Positions 1 to 16,025 of a DNA stretch of 64,000 nucleotides are shown here, one piece after another; positions within the stretch are counted from its first letter, which is position 1; every line of letters begins with the position of its first letter. This DNA is from Trichoplax adhaerens. Its lineage: Eukaryota; Animalia; Placozoa. The stretch spans positions 598,886-662,885 of the forward strand of contig NW_002060955.1 in NCBI RefSeq assembly GCF_000150275.1, in the 5' to 3' direction. Both the position numbers and the translations under genes were made by a program. The notes beneath the pieces were generated by a model. The model saw only the letters and a program-made list of their open reading frames with translations, ran no database searches and had not been told where the DNA came from.

Positions 1-37
1 TTAATGCATCATAAATTGAAGCTAAATTGCTACATAC

Positions 38-3667
<3,630 letters not shown>

Positions 3668-5285
3668 CTAATTCAGGGAATTTTAAAAATCAAATTATTA
3701 TTATTATGATATTAATTAATCGTTATACTACACGTGTAGTAATACGGTGTCATATTGTTGAATCATCAAATGTACAGTACAGTATACTATTCATTGCGAA
3801 ATACTCCATGTTGTGGTTATTAATGTAGCACAAAAAGTTGTAGGATTGAGTTTGCATGTATGGGTGCAGTTGATGCTAAGGATATTTCATCTACGTTACA
3901 AATAACATTTTTCCATCGGTATAATTATTACCGGATATAGCGTCTTTTCTTGACCAATAATTTAAGAAAATTTATAACAGTATGTAGTATTGCGTTATTT
4001 TAAGCGCTATTATGTTACAAACTACCGTAGCTAGTGTATACCTTAAAATCAATGGTTGTTGGTTCGCTTTATGAACCTACAGCATTATTTGTTAAATTCA
4101 AGTACGGTAAAGTGTTTATTGATTGATAAAATATTTTCTATTGACAATTGTAGAATAATATGTATAGTAAATATGCAGGAAAGTGCGAAACTGCTACGGC
4201 AGAGCCCAAGATATTCGTAATACTGTAGTAGCAAAGCAACAATTACTGTATCAGCGACAGTCGTAATGTTAATGTCATGCTGTACTAGTAGATAATCTCC
4301 CTGTTCAATATACCGTACTACGGGTGTTTGACATAATTAAGAAACAAGAGTGAGCATTAAAAGCTAGAATAGAATTTTCCTCCATGTCAATTAATTCATT
4401 TACACATGATATGCAGTACTACAGTACTACCAATACAGTATCCTACAATTAAAATATAAAGCAAGCGTATAGTAATATCAATTTATATAGATATATATAC
4501 ACGGCTCATTCATGTATGCCATACGAAATTGGTTTTATTTACAGTAGTGTTAAGAAGTAAATTTAAAGAAGGGATTGTCATTTAAAAAAATATCAGCGAC
4601 AGCTAAACTAATACCAAGTGTATTGGATAAGAACGAATAAAATTGTATGGATGAATGCACCATGATCGATTTGATGATGTAAATCGCTACGCTGGGGACT
4701 TGGCAGTTGTTTTAATTAACCACACGAGATTTTCAGAATGGCTACATTCCTTTCTTTAAAGGTCACTGTCATGATAGGCTATCTATTCTACTGGTGTACA
4801 ATCAGTTACGATGGAAGAAATAATTCAATCACAGTTTGCTATTCGGTTGCAATAGTCATTTGGAGATTTAGTGTTTAGATAAGTCCAATCGATTCATTGA
4901 TCATTTGAACTGGAGTACTGCAGTTATCGTTGTTGTCTACGGTATCGTACAGTTAAAAATGTTACAGTCAAAAACGTCTCAAAAAGAGCTCGTTAGATTA
5001 TATAAAATTAAAAATGGATATTGCCGAAATGGAATTTAATGACAATATTCACATCGTTTTGATTCATTCTTGAAGAGTCTTTTACAACTTACCAATCCTT
5101 TATCGTTCTTTTTATCTTTATCAGCCATGATTTCAATTTGTTTTTACTAGTACAGTACGTTTGAATGTGGATAATTTTCGATTGGAAAGCAATCGGATTG
5201 CCTGTAGCTATCCAATGAATGATTGGCTATTTACAATGCCTATAAAGCATAAGAAGGATAGAGCGAAATTAGTTCAACCCTTTAC

Positions 5286-5350
5286 AGATCGATCCATGTT
5301 GTTGGTACAAGTCGATTGGAGAATGAAATGGTATTGTCGTTGTTTGAATC
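5286..5350 (-). CDS. Putative start exon of the diaphanous gene (ATG at 5297, MDRS, phase-0 donor GTAAAG); second copy near 7826-7890
   Basis: Acceptor gttag near 5351, then ATG GAT CGA TCT|gtaaag joins in phase 0 to the exon starting at 3667 (FGGIFSGGKK). An upstream GTAAGC donor at ~5688 suggests a 5'UTR exon. No homology support for so short a peptide. Confidence 0.4.
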
Positions 5351-6046
5351 CTAACAAATCAAATCAGCCTCGTTGTCTATACCCTACAACGCGTTGTATT
5401 AAGCATGGAGCAGATCCATGGTCCTACACTGAACTATGATCCCATTATTCCTAGCCTAAATTACATGCAATTTCAGCAAGATAGACAGCAATTGGTTGAA
5501 GATTGGATGCGTAAAGTAGAGCATGTTCAACTCCATCTTATCCTATGACTGTATTTGTAGCAAATCGATTCCTGCCTGCTATCATGACAATGTATCACAA
5601 AGTCCGAACGTCACTATGAATAGGATTGAATGTAAGCAAAGGGATAAATGACAATTCTCCTGGTATAAACGAATTTGACATTGCTTACCACACGTTATTG
5701 ACAAGGAAGGAAAGAGAAAACTGCTTGTTTTCCTCTTTTCCTTTGCACTTTTTCCCTGTGTCCACTTGGAATTTTTCAAAGAGAAAAAAAATTGCTAGGC
5801 CAATGTGGCGTACGTAGAGTGACACCCCACACTACCACGGACAATCTCAGTATGATCTCCGAGTCAGCAGCTTGCTGATAACTGGTTGACCTGCCCAGCG
5901 TCCACTGGCGTACAATAGAATACAATAGGGTGAGTGTGTTGCGCTTAGCTTGAAGCACTTGTGTTTTCTGACTGGACTGCACGTCGTCCACGGAGGACGG
6001 ACGTATCGAGCGATTGTCTGAGGCTGATCTACTCTACTGTACACTA

Positions 6047-6945
6047 GAATGGTGTTCAGCGTCAACCGGACGGTGTGACGTGATCAGAGACTTCAACTGG
6101 CTGTCAAAGACTGTTCAACGTGGATGAGCGGAGTCAATCGCGCTTGACGACTGACGTTCCAGACCACAGCACTGTACCATCGACGGTGTGTAGTACAGTA
6201 GTACAAAGTACAGTACAGTGGAATGGTGTTCAGCGTCAACCGGACGGTGTGACGTGGTCAGAGACTTCAACTAGCTCTCAAAGACTGTTCAACGTCGATG
6301 AGTGGAGGAGTCAATCGCGCTTCACGACTGACGTTCCAGACCACAGCACTCTACCATGGACAGTGTGCAGTACAGTACACGTACAGTGAATGGCGTTCAG
6401 CGTCAACCGGACGGTGTGACGTGATCAGAGACTTCAACTGGCTGTCAAAGACTGTTCAACGTCGATGAGTGAGTCAATCGCGCTTCACGGCTGACGTTCC
6501 GGACCACAGCACGCTACCATGGACAGTGTGCAGTACAGTACAGTACTGTACAGTACAGTTGTACACTGTACACTGTACACTGTACAGTACTGTAGGATGG
6601 GGTTCAGCGTCAACCGGACGGTGTGACGTGGTCAGAGACTTCAACTAGCTCTCAAAGACTGTTCAACGTCGATGAGTGAGTCAATCGCGCTTCACGACTG
6701 ACGTTCCAGACCACAGCACTCTACCATGGACAGTGTGCAGTACAGTTGTACACTGTACACTGTACAGTAGAATGGGGTTCAGCGTCAACCGGACGGTGTG
6801 ACGTGGTCAGAGACTTCAACTAGCTCTCAAAGACTGTTCAACGTCGATGAGCGAGTCAATTGCGCTTCACGACTGACGTTGGACGACTGATGTTCCAGAC
6901 CACAGCACTTTACCATGGACAGTGTGCAGTATAGTTGTACACTTG
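6047..6945. repeat. Tandem array, 5 units: conserved ~140-bp CpG-rich core plus variable TACAG-type linker
   Basis: Unit GAATGGTGTTCAGCGTCAACCGGACGGTGTGACGTG...CCAGACCACAGCACTCTACCATGGACAGTGTGCAG starts at ~6047, 6221, 6388, 6595, 6770 (spacing ~167-207 bp). Confidence 0.95.
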
Positions 6946-7019
6946 TACACGCTACATGTCTATTGATTCACTCTTGAATCTTGACACTTTAACCCAGCAA
7001 CCGTCTGTACCATACTGTC

Positions 7020-7069
7020 NNNNNNNNNNNNNNNNNNNNNNNNNNNNNNNNNNNNNNNNNNNNNNNNNN
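7020..7069. other. Assembly gap (50 N)
   Basis: Run of N exactly at the junction of the two duplicated copies. Confidence 1.
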
Positions 7070-9971
7070 GTTTTTTTACGTAGTGTTAAGAAGTAGATTT
7101 AAAGAAGGGATTGTCATTTAAGAAAATATCAGCGACAACTAAACTAATACCAAGTGTATTGGATAAGAACGAATAAAATTGTATGGATGAATGCACCATG
7201 ATCGATTTGATGATGTACATCGCTACGCTGGGGACTTGGCAGTTGTTTTAATTAACCACACGAGATTTTCAGAATGGCTACATTCCTTTCTTTAAAGGTC
7301 ACTGTCATGATTGATAGGCTATCTATTCTACTGGTGTACAATCAGTTACGATGGAAGAAATAATTCAATCACAGTTTGCTATTCGGTTGCAATAGTCATT
7401 TGGAGATTTAGTGTTTAGATAAGTCCAATCGATTCATTGATCATTTGAACTGGAGTACTGCAGTTATCGTTGTTGTCTACGGTATCGTACAGTTAAAAAT
7501 GTTACAGTCAAAAACGTCTCAAAAAGAGCTCGTTAGATTATATAAAATTAAAAATGGATATTGCCGAAATGGAATTTAATGACAATATTCACATCGTTTT
7601 GATTCATTCTTGAAGAGTCTTTTACAACTTACCAATCCTTTATCGTTCTTTTTATCTTTATCAGCCATGATTTCAATTTGTTTTTACAGTACAGTACGTT
7701 TGAATGTGGATAATTTTCGATTGGAAAGCAATCGGATTGCCTGTAGCTATCCAATGAATGATTGGCTATTTACAATGCCTATAAAGCATAAGAAGGATAG
7801 AGCGAAATTAGTTCAACCCTTTACAGATCGATCCATGTTGTTGGTACAAGTCGATTGGAGAATGAAATGGTATTGTCGTTGTTTGAATCCTAACAAATCA
7901 AATCAGCCTCGTTGTCTATACCCTGCAACGCGTTGTATTAAGCATGGAGCAGATCCATGGTCCTACACTGAACTATGATCCCATTATTCCTAGCCTAAAT
8001 TACATGCAATTTCAGCAAGATAGACAGCAATTGGTTGAAGATTGGATGCGTAAAGTAGAGCATGTTCAACTCCATCTTATCCTATGACTGTATTTGTAGC
8101 AGATCGATTCCTGCCTGCTATCATGACAATGTATCACAAAGTCCGAACGTCACTATGAATAGGATTGAATGTAAGCAAAGGGATAAATGACAATTCTCCT
8201 GGTATAAACGAATTTGACATTGCTTACCACACGTTATTGACAAGGAAGGAAAGAGAAAACTGCTTGTTTTCCTCTTTTCCTTTGCACTTTTTCCCTGTGT
8301 CCACTTGGAATTTTTCAAAGAGAAAAAAAAATTGCTAGGCCAATGTGGCGTACGTAGAGTGACACCCCACACTACCACGGACAATCTCAGTATGATCTCC
8401 GAGTCAGCAGCTTGCTGATAACTGGTTGACCTGCCCAGCGTCCACTGGCGTACAATAGAATACAATAGGGTGAGTGTGTTGCGCTTAGCTTGAAGCACTT
8501 GTGTTTTCTGACTGGACTGCACGTCGTCCACGGAGGACGGACGTATCGAGCGATTGTCTGAAGCTGATCTACTCTACTGTACACTGTACACTAGAATGGT
8601 GTTCAGCGTCAACCGGACGGTGTGACGTGATCAGAGACTTCAACTGGCTGTCAAAGATTATTCAACGTGGATGAGCGAGTCAATCGCGCTTGACGACTGA
8701 CGTTCCAGACCACAGCACTGTACCATCGACAGTGTGTAGTACAGTAGTACAAAGTACAGTACAGTGGAATGGTGTTCAGCGTCAACCGGACGGTGTGACG
8801 TGGTCAGAGACTTCAACTAGCTCTCAAAGGCTGTTCAACGTCGATGAGTGGAGGAGTCAATCGCGCTTCACGACTGACGTTCCAGACCACAGCACTCTAC
8901 CACGGACAGTGTGCAGTACAGTACAGTAGAATGGCGTTCAGCGTCAACCGGACGGTGTGACGTGTCAGAGACTTCAACTAGCTCTCAAAGACTGTTCAAC
9001 GAGTACAGTACAGTAGAATGGTGTTCAGCGTCAACCGGACGGTGTGACGTGATCAGAGACTTCAACTAGCTGTCAAAGACTGTTCAACGTGGATGAGCGG
9101 AGTCAATCACGCTTCTCGACTGACGTTCCAGACCACAGCACTCTACCATGGACAGTGTGCAGTAACAGTAGAATGGTGTTCAGCGTCAACTGGACGGTGT
9201 GACGTGGTCAGAGACTTCAACTAGCTCTCAAAGACTGTTCAACGTCGATGAGTGGAGTCAATCGCGCCTCACGACTGACGTTCCAGACCACAGCACGCTA
9301 CCATGGACAGTGTGCAGTACAGTTGTACACTGTACAGTTGAATGGCGTTCAGCGTCAACCGGACGGTGTGACGTGATCAGAGACTTCAACTAGCTCTCAA
9401 AGACTGTTCAACGTCGATGAGTGAGTCAATCGCGCTTCACGGCTGACGTTCCGGACCACAGCACGCTACCATGGACAGTGTGCAGTACAGTACAGTACTG
9501 TACAGTACAGTTGTACACTGTACACTGTACACTGTACAGTACTGTAGGATGGGGTTCAGCGTCAACCGGACGGTGTGACGTGGTCAGAGACTTCAACTAG
9601 CTCTCAAAGACTGTTCAACGTCGATGAGTGAGTCAATCGCGCTTCACGACTGACGTTCCAGACCACAGCACTCTACCATGGACAGTGTGCAGTACAGTTG
9701 TACACTGTACACTGTACAGTAGAATGGGGTTCAGCGTCAACCGGACGGTGTGACGTGGTCAGAGACTTCAACTAGCTCTCAAAGACTGTTCAACGTCGAT
9801 GAGCGAGTCAATTGCGCTTCACGACTGACGTTGGACGACTGATGTTCCAGACCACAGCACTTTACCATGGACAGTGTGCAGTATAGTTGTACACTTGTAC
9901 ACGCTACATGTCTATTGATTCACTCTTGAATCTTGACACTTTAACCCAGCAACCGTCTGTACCATACTGTC
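7070..9971. repeat. Near-identical duplicated block, copy B (likely alternative haplotype)
   Basis: Collinear with 4531-7019; the same shadow ORFs appear twice in the ORF track (5161..5439 vs 7610..7978). Confidence 0.95.
8594..9895. repeat. Same tandem array in copy B, 8 unit starts (one truncated)
   Basis: Starts at ~8594, 8767, 8929 (truncated at ~9000), 9016, 9171, 9340, 9547, 9722. Confidence 0.95.
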
Positions 9972-9974
9972 CGT

Positions 9975-10395
9975 ATAGTACGTGCAGTACTGTACAGTAC
10001 TGTAGTAGTGTAGTGTACTGTACTGTCTGTACTACGTTACTGGTACTATGGCAAAATGAAAATCGCGATGACCAAATTTTACACTAGTTGTACACCAATG
10101 TACACGCTACATGTCTATTGATTCACTCTTGAATCAATCGTCCAGTGCGCAGTAGAGGTCTTTATGGTCTGGTCTACGTACAGTACAGTACAGTACAGTA
10201 CTGTACTATACACACTGTACACTGTACACTGTAGTACTGTATTACTGTGTACAGTACAGTACTGTAGGATAGTACGTACTGTACACTGTACACTGTACCG
10301 TATACAGTACAGTACGTACAGTAGTACGGTACAGTACTGTATATGGTAAAATCACCTTTGTACTGTACTCTACTGCACTGTACATTGTACAACTT
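9975..10395. repeat. Low-complexity self-complementary (TACAG/CTGTA/TACAC) simple-repeat tract
   Basis: Dense runs such as cagtacagtacagtacagtactgtactatacacactgtacactgtac. Confidence 0.9.
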
Positions 10396-10611
10396 CACTT
10401 GACTGGTGCAGTTGTCGTTGCTGACAGACTGCTGTTACTATCTGCCTAATTTATTCATGCAGAATGGTACATCAACAGTAGGCAGCCATTGAGTCAACAG
10501 GACTAAAATAATTCGAGATTGTCCATTGGATTTCAACGCTTTTTCTAGCATTGAAGTCCAAATATCAATTGATCCAACTTGCTCGCTTGTCACAGGAATC
10601 TTCTGCCTGCA

Positions 10612-13600
10612 ATGCCTGAATTACAAAATGCGTTAGAAAAGAAAGGATGGTAGGACTGCAAATAAGGATAAGAGGATGATTCTTGATTTTGCTACGTGTA
10701 TTGAGCGGTCAGCACATCTTTTAGCATGAGAAGATGAACTATCTCTCATGTTGGCTCTTATTATATTATAAATCAATTCATGTACTCTACATTACCACGT
10801 ACAGTATTTAGTAACCTTTATTTTCTAGCCTTGAAAGTAGCTACAGTAGTTGGTGAACTATACATACAGTACAAGGGTATCAACATCGTAGTATGCATCA
10901 ATATGAATCTGATTTCGCAACAATATGATGTTAAAGTAGCTCCAGAGCGTATTCGCAAATAGTCGAATGGATGAATTTCACCTTATAATAAAGCTAAATT
11001 CTCTAAAGTTTTATTCAGTTTGTTTAAATAAAATAAATTATATCATATGTACAGTATTAGAAATGATGGAGCTCTATCATAGCTTGAGGCTGCAGTATAT
11101 TTTGACATACGAGTAAACTGCAGTCTCCAGGAAATAAACTGGAAATAATTTTCATTTTACTCATTGAGCCTCAATCGACTTTGTCAAAATCGGATCAATC
11201 ATGAAAGTTGGTGCAAATTTTTGCAACAAGACTTTTTAAAAACCCCCTATTCTTGACCGTTGTCAAAAGTTTACCGACCTTAAATACTTACCTATATTTA
11301 CATTTGCCAAATACGAGTAGATTAAAGTAGAAATAAAGTCTCATCGTTATCTTCTTCATTAAGAATTATAGTTTAACGTTCATCATCACATTCATTTGAT
11401 CTTAGGTTCCTTACTCCTGAAGCTATTAAGGATTGCAGTAATGATAACAGAAATGTTTCTGCTGATTCAGTCATCAAAACTGCATTGGATGTAAGTACGA
11501 CATATTCAGGTTTTGATGTTTAGATCAGTTTTAGAATTCGATACATCATTTTACAAGTATGCTGCCGTGTTTGTTAGGAGTATGTCATTTATTATTGCAA
11601 TATACATTATTAACTTATACTCGTAATATCTCAATAATAGCTGGATATTCGAGGTATGTGTAAGAAAATTTTACCAGATGGTGTTGGCAGGAGTACTTCC
11701 AATAAGGTCATAATTTTAAGGAAAACAACTCATACACATTACAGTTTGATGTTTTTTTGCTACATCCTCAATTGATTTGTACTTAATGATAATTAATGTT
11801 AAATCTAATAAGAGATATATACCGAAGATAATTTAAAGCGCGTTCAATCTGATCAAAAACGCATGGGCTGTGATTAAATGATACACGTAATCTGATTGAT
11901 TAATAAGCGATATTGGTCCCTTCATGATACTTCAGAACGTAAATCAACTAAATTTGCGATAAACGCACGATAGTATGCACCAATCTTGATCGATAGTACT
12001 GTATCAAAGGTGCTTGAATCTACAGTGTATTGTATAGGAAAGAGATTTTCAAATGGTTCCAGCCCTCAACATACTGCTATTTAATCTAGGAATTTTACAT
12101 GATGTAGTAGGAGTTGCAGTTTGATTATAAAATAGTAATATCATAACTCTACCATTATACTAATCAACTACTCATAAATGCCAAACAAATAGGTTCCGTA
12201 CCCTCTGGTATTACAAGTTATTAAAATTACAAACATAGCTGCTCCAAGTTCCAATCAAGAATCTCAAACAGCTCCACCGTTATTACGCATTCACTTGTCT
12301 GATGGACACTCAACATGCACAGCATTAGATATTTCCAGTATCCAGGGCCTTTCGTTAGTCTTATGAAACCGATAAAAATATTGTATAAATAACTCAAAGC
12401 TAACATACAGTTTAATTTATAATAGGATCATTTCTTGAAATTGTATATGTGTTTTGTTTGTGGTACAGTTTAAAGACCTTTCCTGGTACCAAAATATGTT
12501 TAAAAGCTGAAGTTCAAGCCAGAAACGGAATGCTATTATTAACCAATGAAAATGCCAAGTTATTAGGTGGAAACGTCGAAAAGTTAATACGGAAAGGCAA
12601 AGCGGGCCAGGTTTACATTATATCATTAGAATTATTTGCTATCTGAAGTTCTTAACCTTAAGTAATACGACAAAAGTTAATTTAGAATTCCAAAATTTTT
12701 GTCGAAATTAACAACTGACTTATTCAACTTGTTAGGCTTTAATTAAAACGTCTAGTGATGGCGGCTCTTCTGGACCTCCAGCATTTATTCCTTTTCAAGA
12801 ATATATCAAGAATAATCCTAATATGGCTAAACAAGAGACTACTAAAGTTAACAGTAGTAATTCCTCTAAAAATTTTAAACAACAGCAAGGAAATAATCAT
12901 AATCGAACCGAAAAATCTTATAATAAGGATGCTCGTAGCGGCTACAGTAAAAGTTAGTACATTGGCCTATGTTTAATAGGAATAGCGTAAAATATGCTAC
13001 CTTGTTTTACTTAATAGCGCTTGGGTATTTTAAATTATAGATGATAGTAGCCAGAATTGGCGCGATCGCTCAGATCAAGCGACACACCGTTCTCAAGGTA
13101 ACTGTAGTAATTACTCGTAATATTTTCTTAGATTTTCGTGACAATGATTATGATCTTAAAACTATAAATAGAATTACTATCGAGAACTTTTTGTATAGGA
13201 GCAAGTAGCCAGGATTCTTCTAGATCTGTGGAAGACACGCGTAAGCGAAATGAGCCTGCCAGAGGTTACATGAGTTCTTATATGAATTAAACGTTGTTAT
13301 GACAAAACAATTTTAGCAATTATCCTGTTAATGGTACTATTCGATCCGCATAGAAGTTGATATCCCAGTAATTATATATGATTCTTCAGAATGTATTTGA
13401 ATTAGCCGAAATGCTCAATATCGTATGCCAAAATTTTCGTTAGTAACTGGTAAGTACTGTTCATAGGAGTTGGACCGCCGCGGGGTAACGCAAGATCTGG
13501 AAAGATGGCACTTTGGAATGCCCTAGATAAGCACTTAAATCTCAAGGGTAAGAGTCGAAGTTCTAAAATACGGTAGTAGATTCCGTTACACATTGCTAAC

Positions 13601-14979
13601 ATTTCGTTATTATTATTAGTCGAGATTGTGGTAGATTGAGTTATAATGAACAGCAAATTGTATATTTTGTAGACAATGACCGTCAAGTTGAAACACGACA
13701 ACAGGATACGTTCGATGATGGATATGCTAACGATCATGATGATAGTCGACATAGAGGAGGCCAACACAAAGGCGTGGCCATCGCGGTAAAGGTTTTGACC
13801 CGAACTTTGCTAGTAGGCAGCTACCACGACAAACGTATCAACAACCTCATCATGACAGCAGAACCCCCTATGATGATCAGGTTTCATAGATAAATTTTGA
13901 TAGAGATTATTCAATTTTAATATCAACTTCAGTCTTTCTATGTAATACTGATGTATCATCTTTCGTAATAATCAATAGGAACATCGATATTATAACAACA
14001 GAGGTACCGGATATGGTAGTCATCAACAACCTCATGATGGCAGAGCCCCCTATGATGATCAGGTTTTATGGATAAATTTTAAATAGAGTTTATTCAATTT
14101 TAATATCAACTTCAGTCTTTCTGTACAATGTTGGTGTATCATCAATAGGGACATCGATATTATAACGACAGAGGTACCGGATTTGGTAGTCATCAACAGC
14201 CTCATGATAGCAGAGCCTCCTATGACGATCAGGTTTTATAGATAAATTTTAAATGGAGATTATTCAATTTTAATATCGATTTCAGTATTTCTGTACAATG
14301 TTGATGTATCATCTATCGTAATCATCAATAGGGACATGGATATTATAACAACAGAGGTACCGGATTTGGTAGTCATCAACAGCCTCGTGATAGTAGAGCC
14401 TCCTATGATGATCAGGTTTTATAGATAAATTTTAAATGGAGTTTATTCAATTTTAATATCGATTTCAGTCTTTCTGTACAATGTTGATGTATCATCTATC
14501 GTAATCATCAATAGGGACATGGATATTATAACAACAGAGGTACCGGATTTGGTAGTCATCAACAACCTCATGATAGCAGAGCCTCCTATGATGATCAGGT
14601 TTTATAGATAAATTTTAAATGGAGTTTATTCAATTTTAATATCGATTTCAGTCTTTCTGTACAATGTTGATGTATCATCTATCGTAATCATCAATAGGGA
14701 CATGGATATTATAACAACAGAGGTACCGGATTTGGTAGTCATCAACAACCTCATGATAGCAGAGCCTCCTATGATGATCAGGTTTTATAGATAAATTTTA
14801 AATGGAGATTATTCAATTTTAATATCGATTTCAGTCTTTCTGTACAATGCTGATGTATCATCTATCGTAATCATCAATAGGGACATGGATATTATAACAA
14901 CAGAGGTACCGGTTCTGGCAATCATCCGCCAAGATCAAGAGGTAGGGGCAGAAGTAATTTCCGACAAAATCGTACTTAG
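10612..14979 (+). CDS. TDRD3: TDRD3 homologue (N-terminal DUF1767/OB-fold, RMI1-like) with RG/Y-rich repeat tail; apparent 1-nt frameshift near 13772
   Basis: Exons 10612-10649, 11406-11490, 11641-11706, 12193-12353, 12469-12610, 12736-12952, 13041-13097, 13199-13264, 13467-13547, 13673-13880, five 84-bp exons, 14881-14979. Peptides KGWFLTPEAIKDC, TALDLDIRGMCKKILP, PLVLQVIKITNIAAPSSNQESQTAPPLLRIHLSDGH, SLKTFPGTKI, NGMLLLTNENAKLLGGNVEKLI, GPPAFIPF are collinear with the TDRD3 N-terminus. Confidence 0.88.
13835..14912 (+). repeat. Tandem intron+exon duplication, 183-bp period (84-bp exon + ~99-bp intron)
   Basis: Donors CAG|GTTT at 13880, 14062, 14232, 14415, 14598, 14781. Exons 13979-14062, 14149-14232, 14332-14415, 14515-14598, 14698-14781 each follow CAATAG acceptors. 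The introns are also near-identical. Confidence 0.95.
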
Positions 14980-16025
14980 GACAACGGCTTTTACAAAGAT
15001 GATCCTGACATTGGTTGTTGTACATCGATGGAATATTTCAACTTAGTGCATGGTTTCGTAGTTAATGTAATCCAAAATTCAATTCTTTACGTCGCGTGAC
15101 TACATCTATTATCGTCACTGTAGTCTGCATAAAATTTTGTCTTCAGCCAGCCAAAAAATTGCAACTGAATCTAATCAATGACACATACGCATATTGTTGT
15201 GAACCAAATTTTCGTAGCGCAGTTGTTACGCCTTGTGAGCTTAAATTTTGAACAAGCTACTGTTCTGTATATTAACGGAGATAATTGAACTTTGTCTTGG
15301 ATGCGAGCACAGCTCTCTCCACTATATCGATACACATGATATAACACATCATGCTATATGTTATTGTAAAGGAATATGACGTGATATTACTCTGTACATG
15401 GAACGTATTGGCATATCAGCCCATTATATTGAGCAAAACAGTATAGTCTTTTCAAGTACAATTGGCTAATTTTCATTTGTGATCCTAGATTAAGTTGAAA
15501 AAATATTATTATGTAATCATTATTGAAATCACTAATCCTGTACATTAAACAATAACCAAAGACCAGCATATTCAATTAATGTTTTGACGTAATTGAATTT
15601 GAGTTACGAATGCGTATCAAGTATGATTGTCATGCTAGGTGGTCCCTCAACGGTCAACGGCAATAAATCATAAATGAGAAGGTATTAATTATAACACAAT
15701 AAATTTATTTTCATGAAGCCAAATACGCAGCTTTTTTTAGCTAGGTATTTTGGGGCATTAAACTAGTAAGTTAATCTAAAGATTCTCAAGTTCAATAAAA
15801 TAATCAATCAATCATATTTTAATTCAAGTGTAATAACGGCTGTACAAAAATAGTTTTGTATCATATCGTGTACTGTTACAAATGTCCCAGTTAATCAGCT
15901 AGTGATGGAATAAGTTATAATTAATTAGTTATAAGAAATCTGACTTATTCATTTGTACATTATAACAATTTCAAGTAAGTAATAATAATATGTAGATAGA
16001 TAATTCTATTTGTTACATGCAGTCA

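Larger units (their letters stand above)
4531..7019. repeat. Near-identical duplicated block, copy A
   Basis: 4531-7019 recurs at 7070-9971 with scattered SNPs/small indels and a different number of tandem units. Confidence 0.95.

Noticed and set aside
6290-6340. Hammerhead ribozyme or SECIS in the repeat unit (GATGAG...CGA)
   Set aside because: Lacks the CUGANGA/GAAA core and stems I/III; AA-to-GA spacing is too short for SECIS; not in a selenoprotein 3'UTR.
6047-9895. CRISPR-like repeat/spacer array
   Set aside because: Repeats are ~140 bp, linkers are low-complexity rather than unique, there are no cas genes, and the context is eukaryotic.
5161-10398. ORF-track entries in the duplicated block and repeats (e.g. 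7610..7978, 8121..8531, 6120..6389)
   Set aside because: No recognisable homology; frames differ between near-identical copies because of indels; products of GC-richer or simple repeats.
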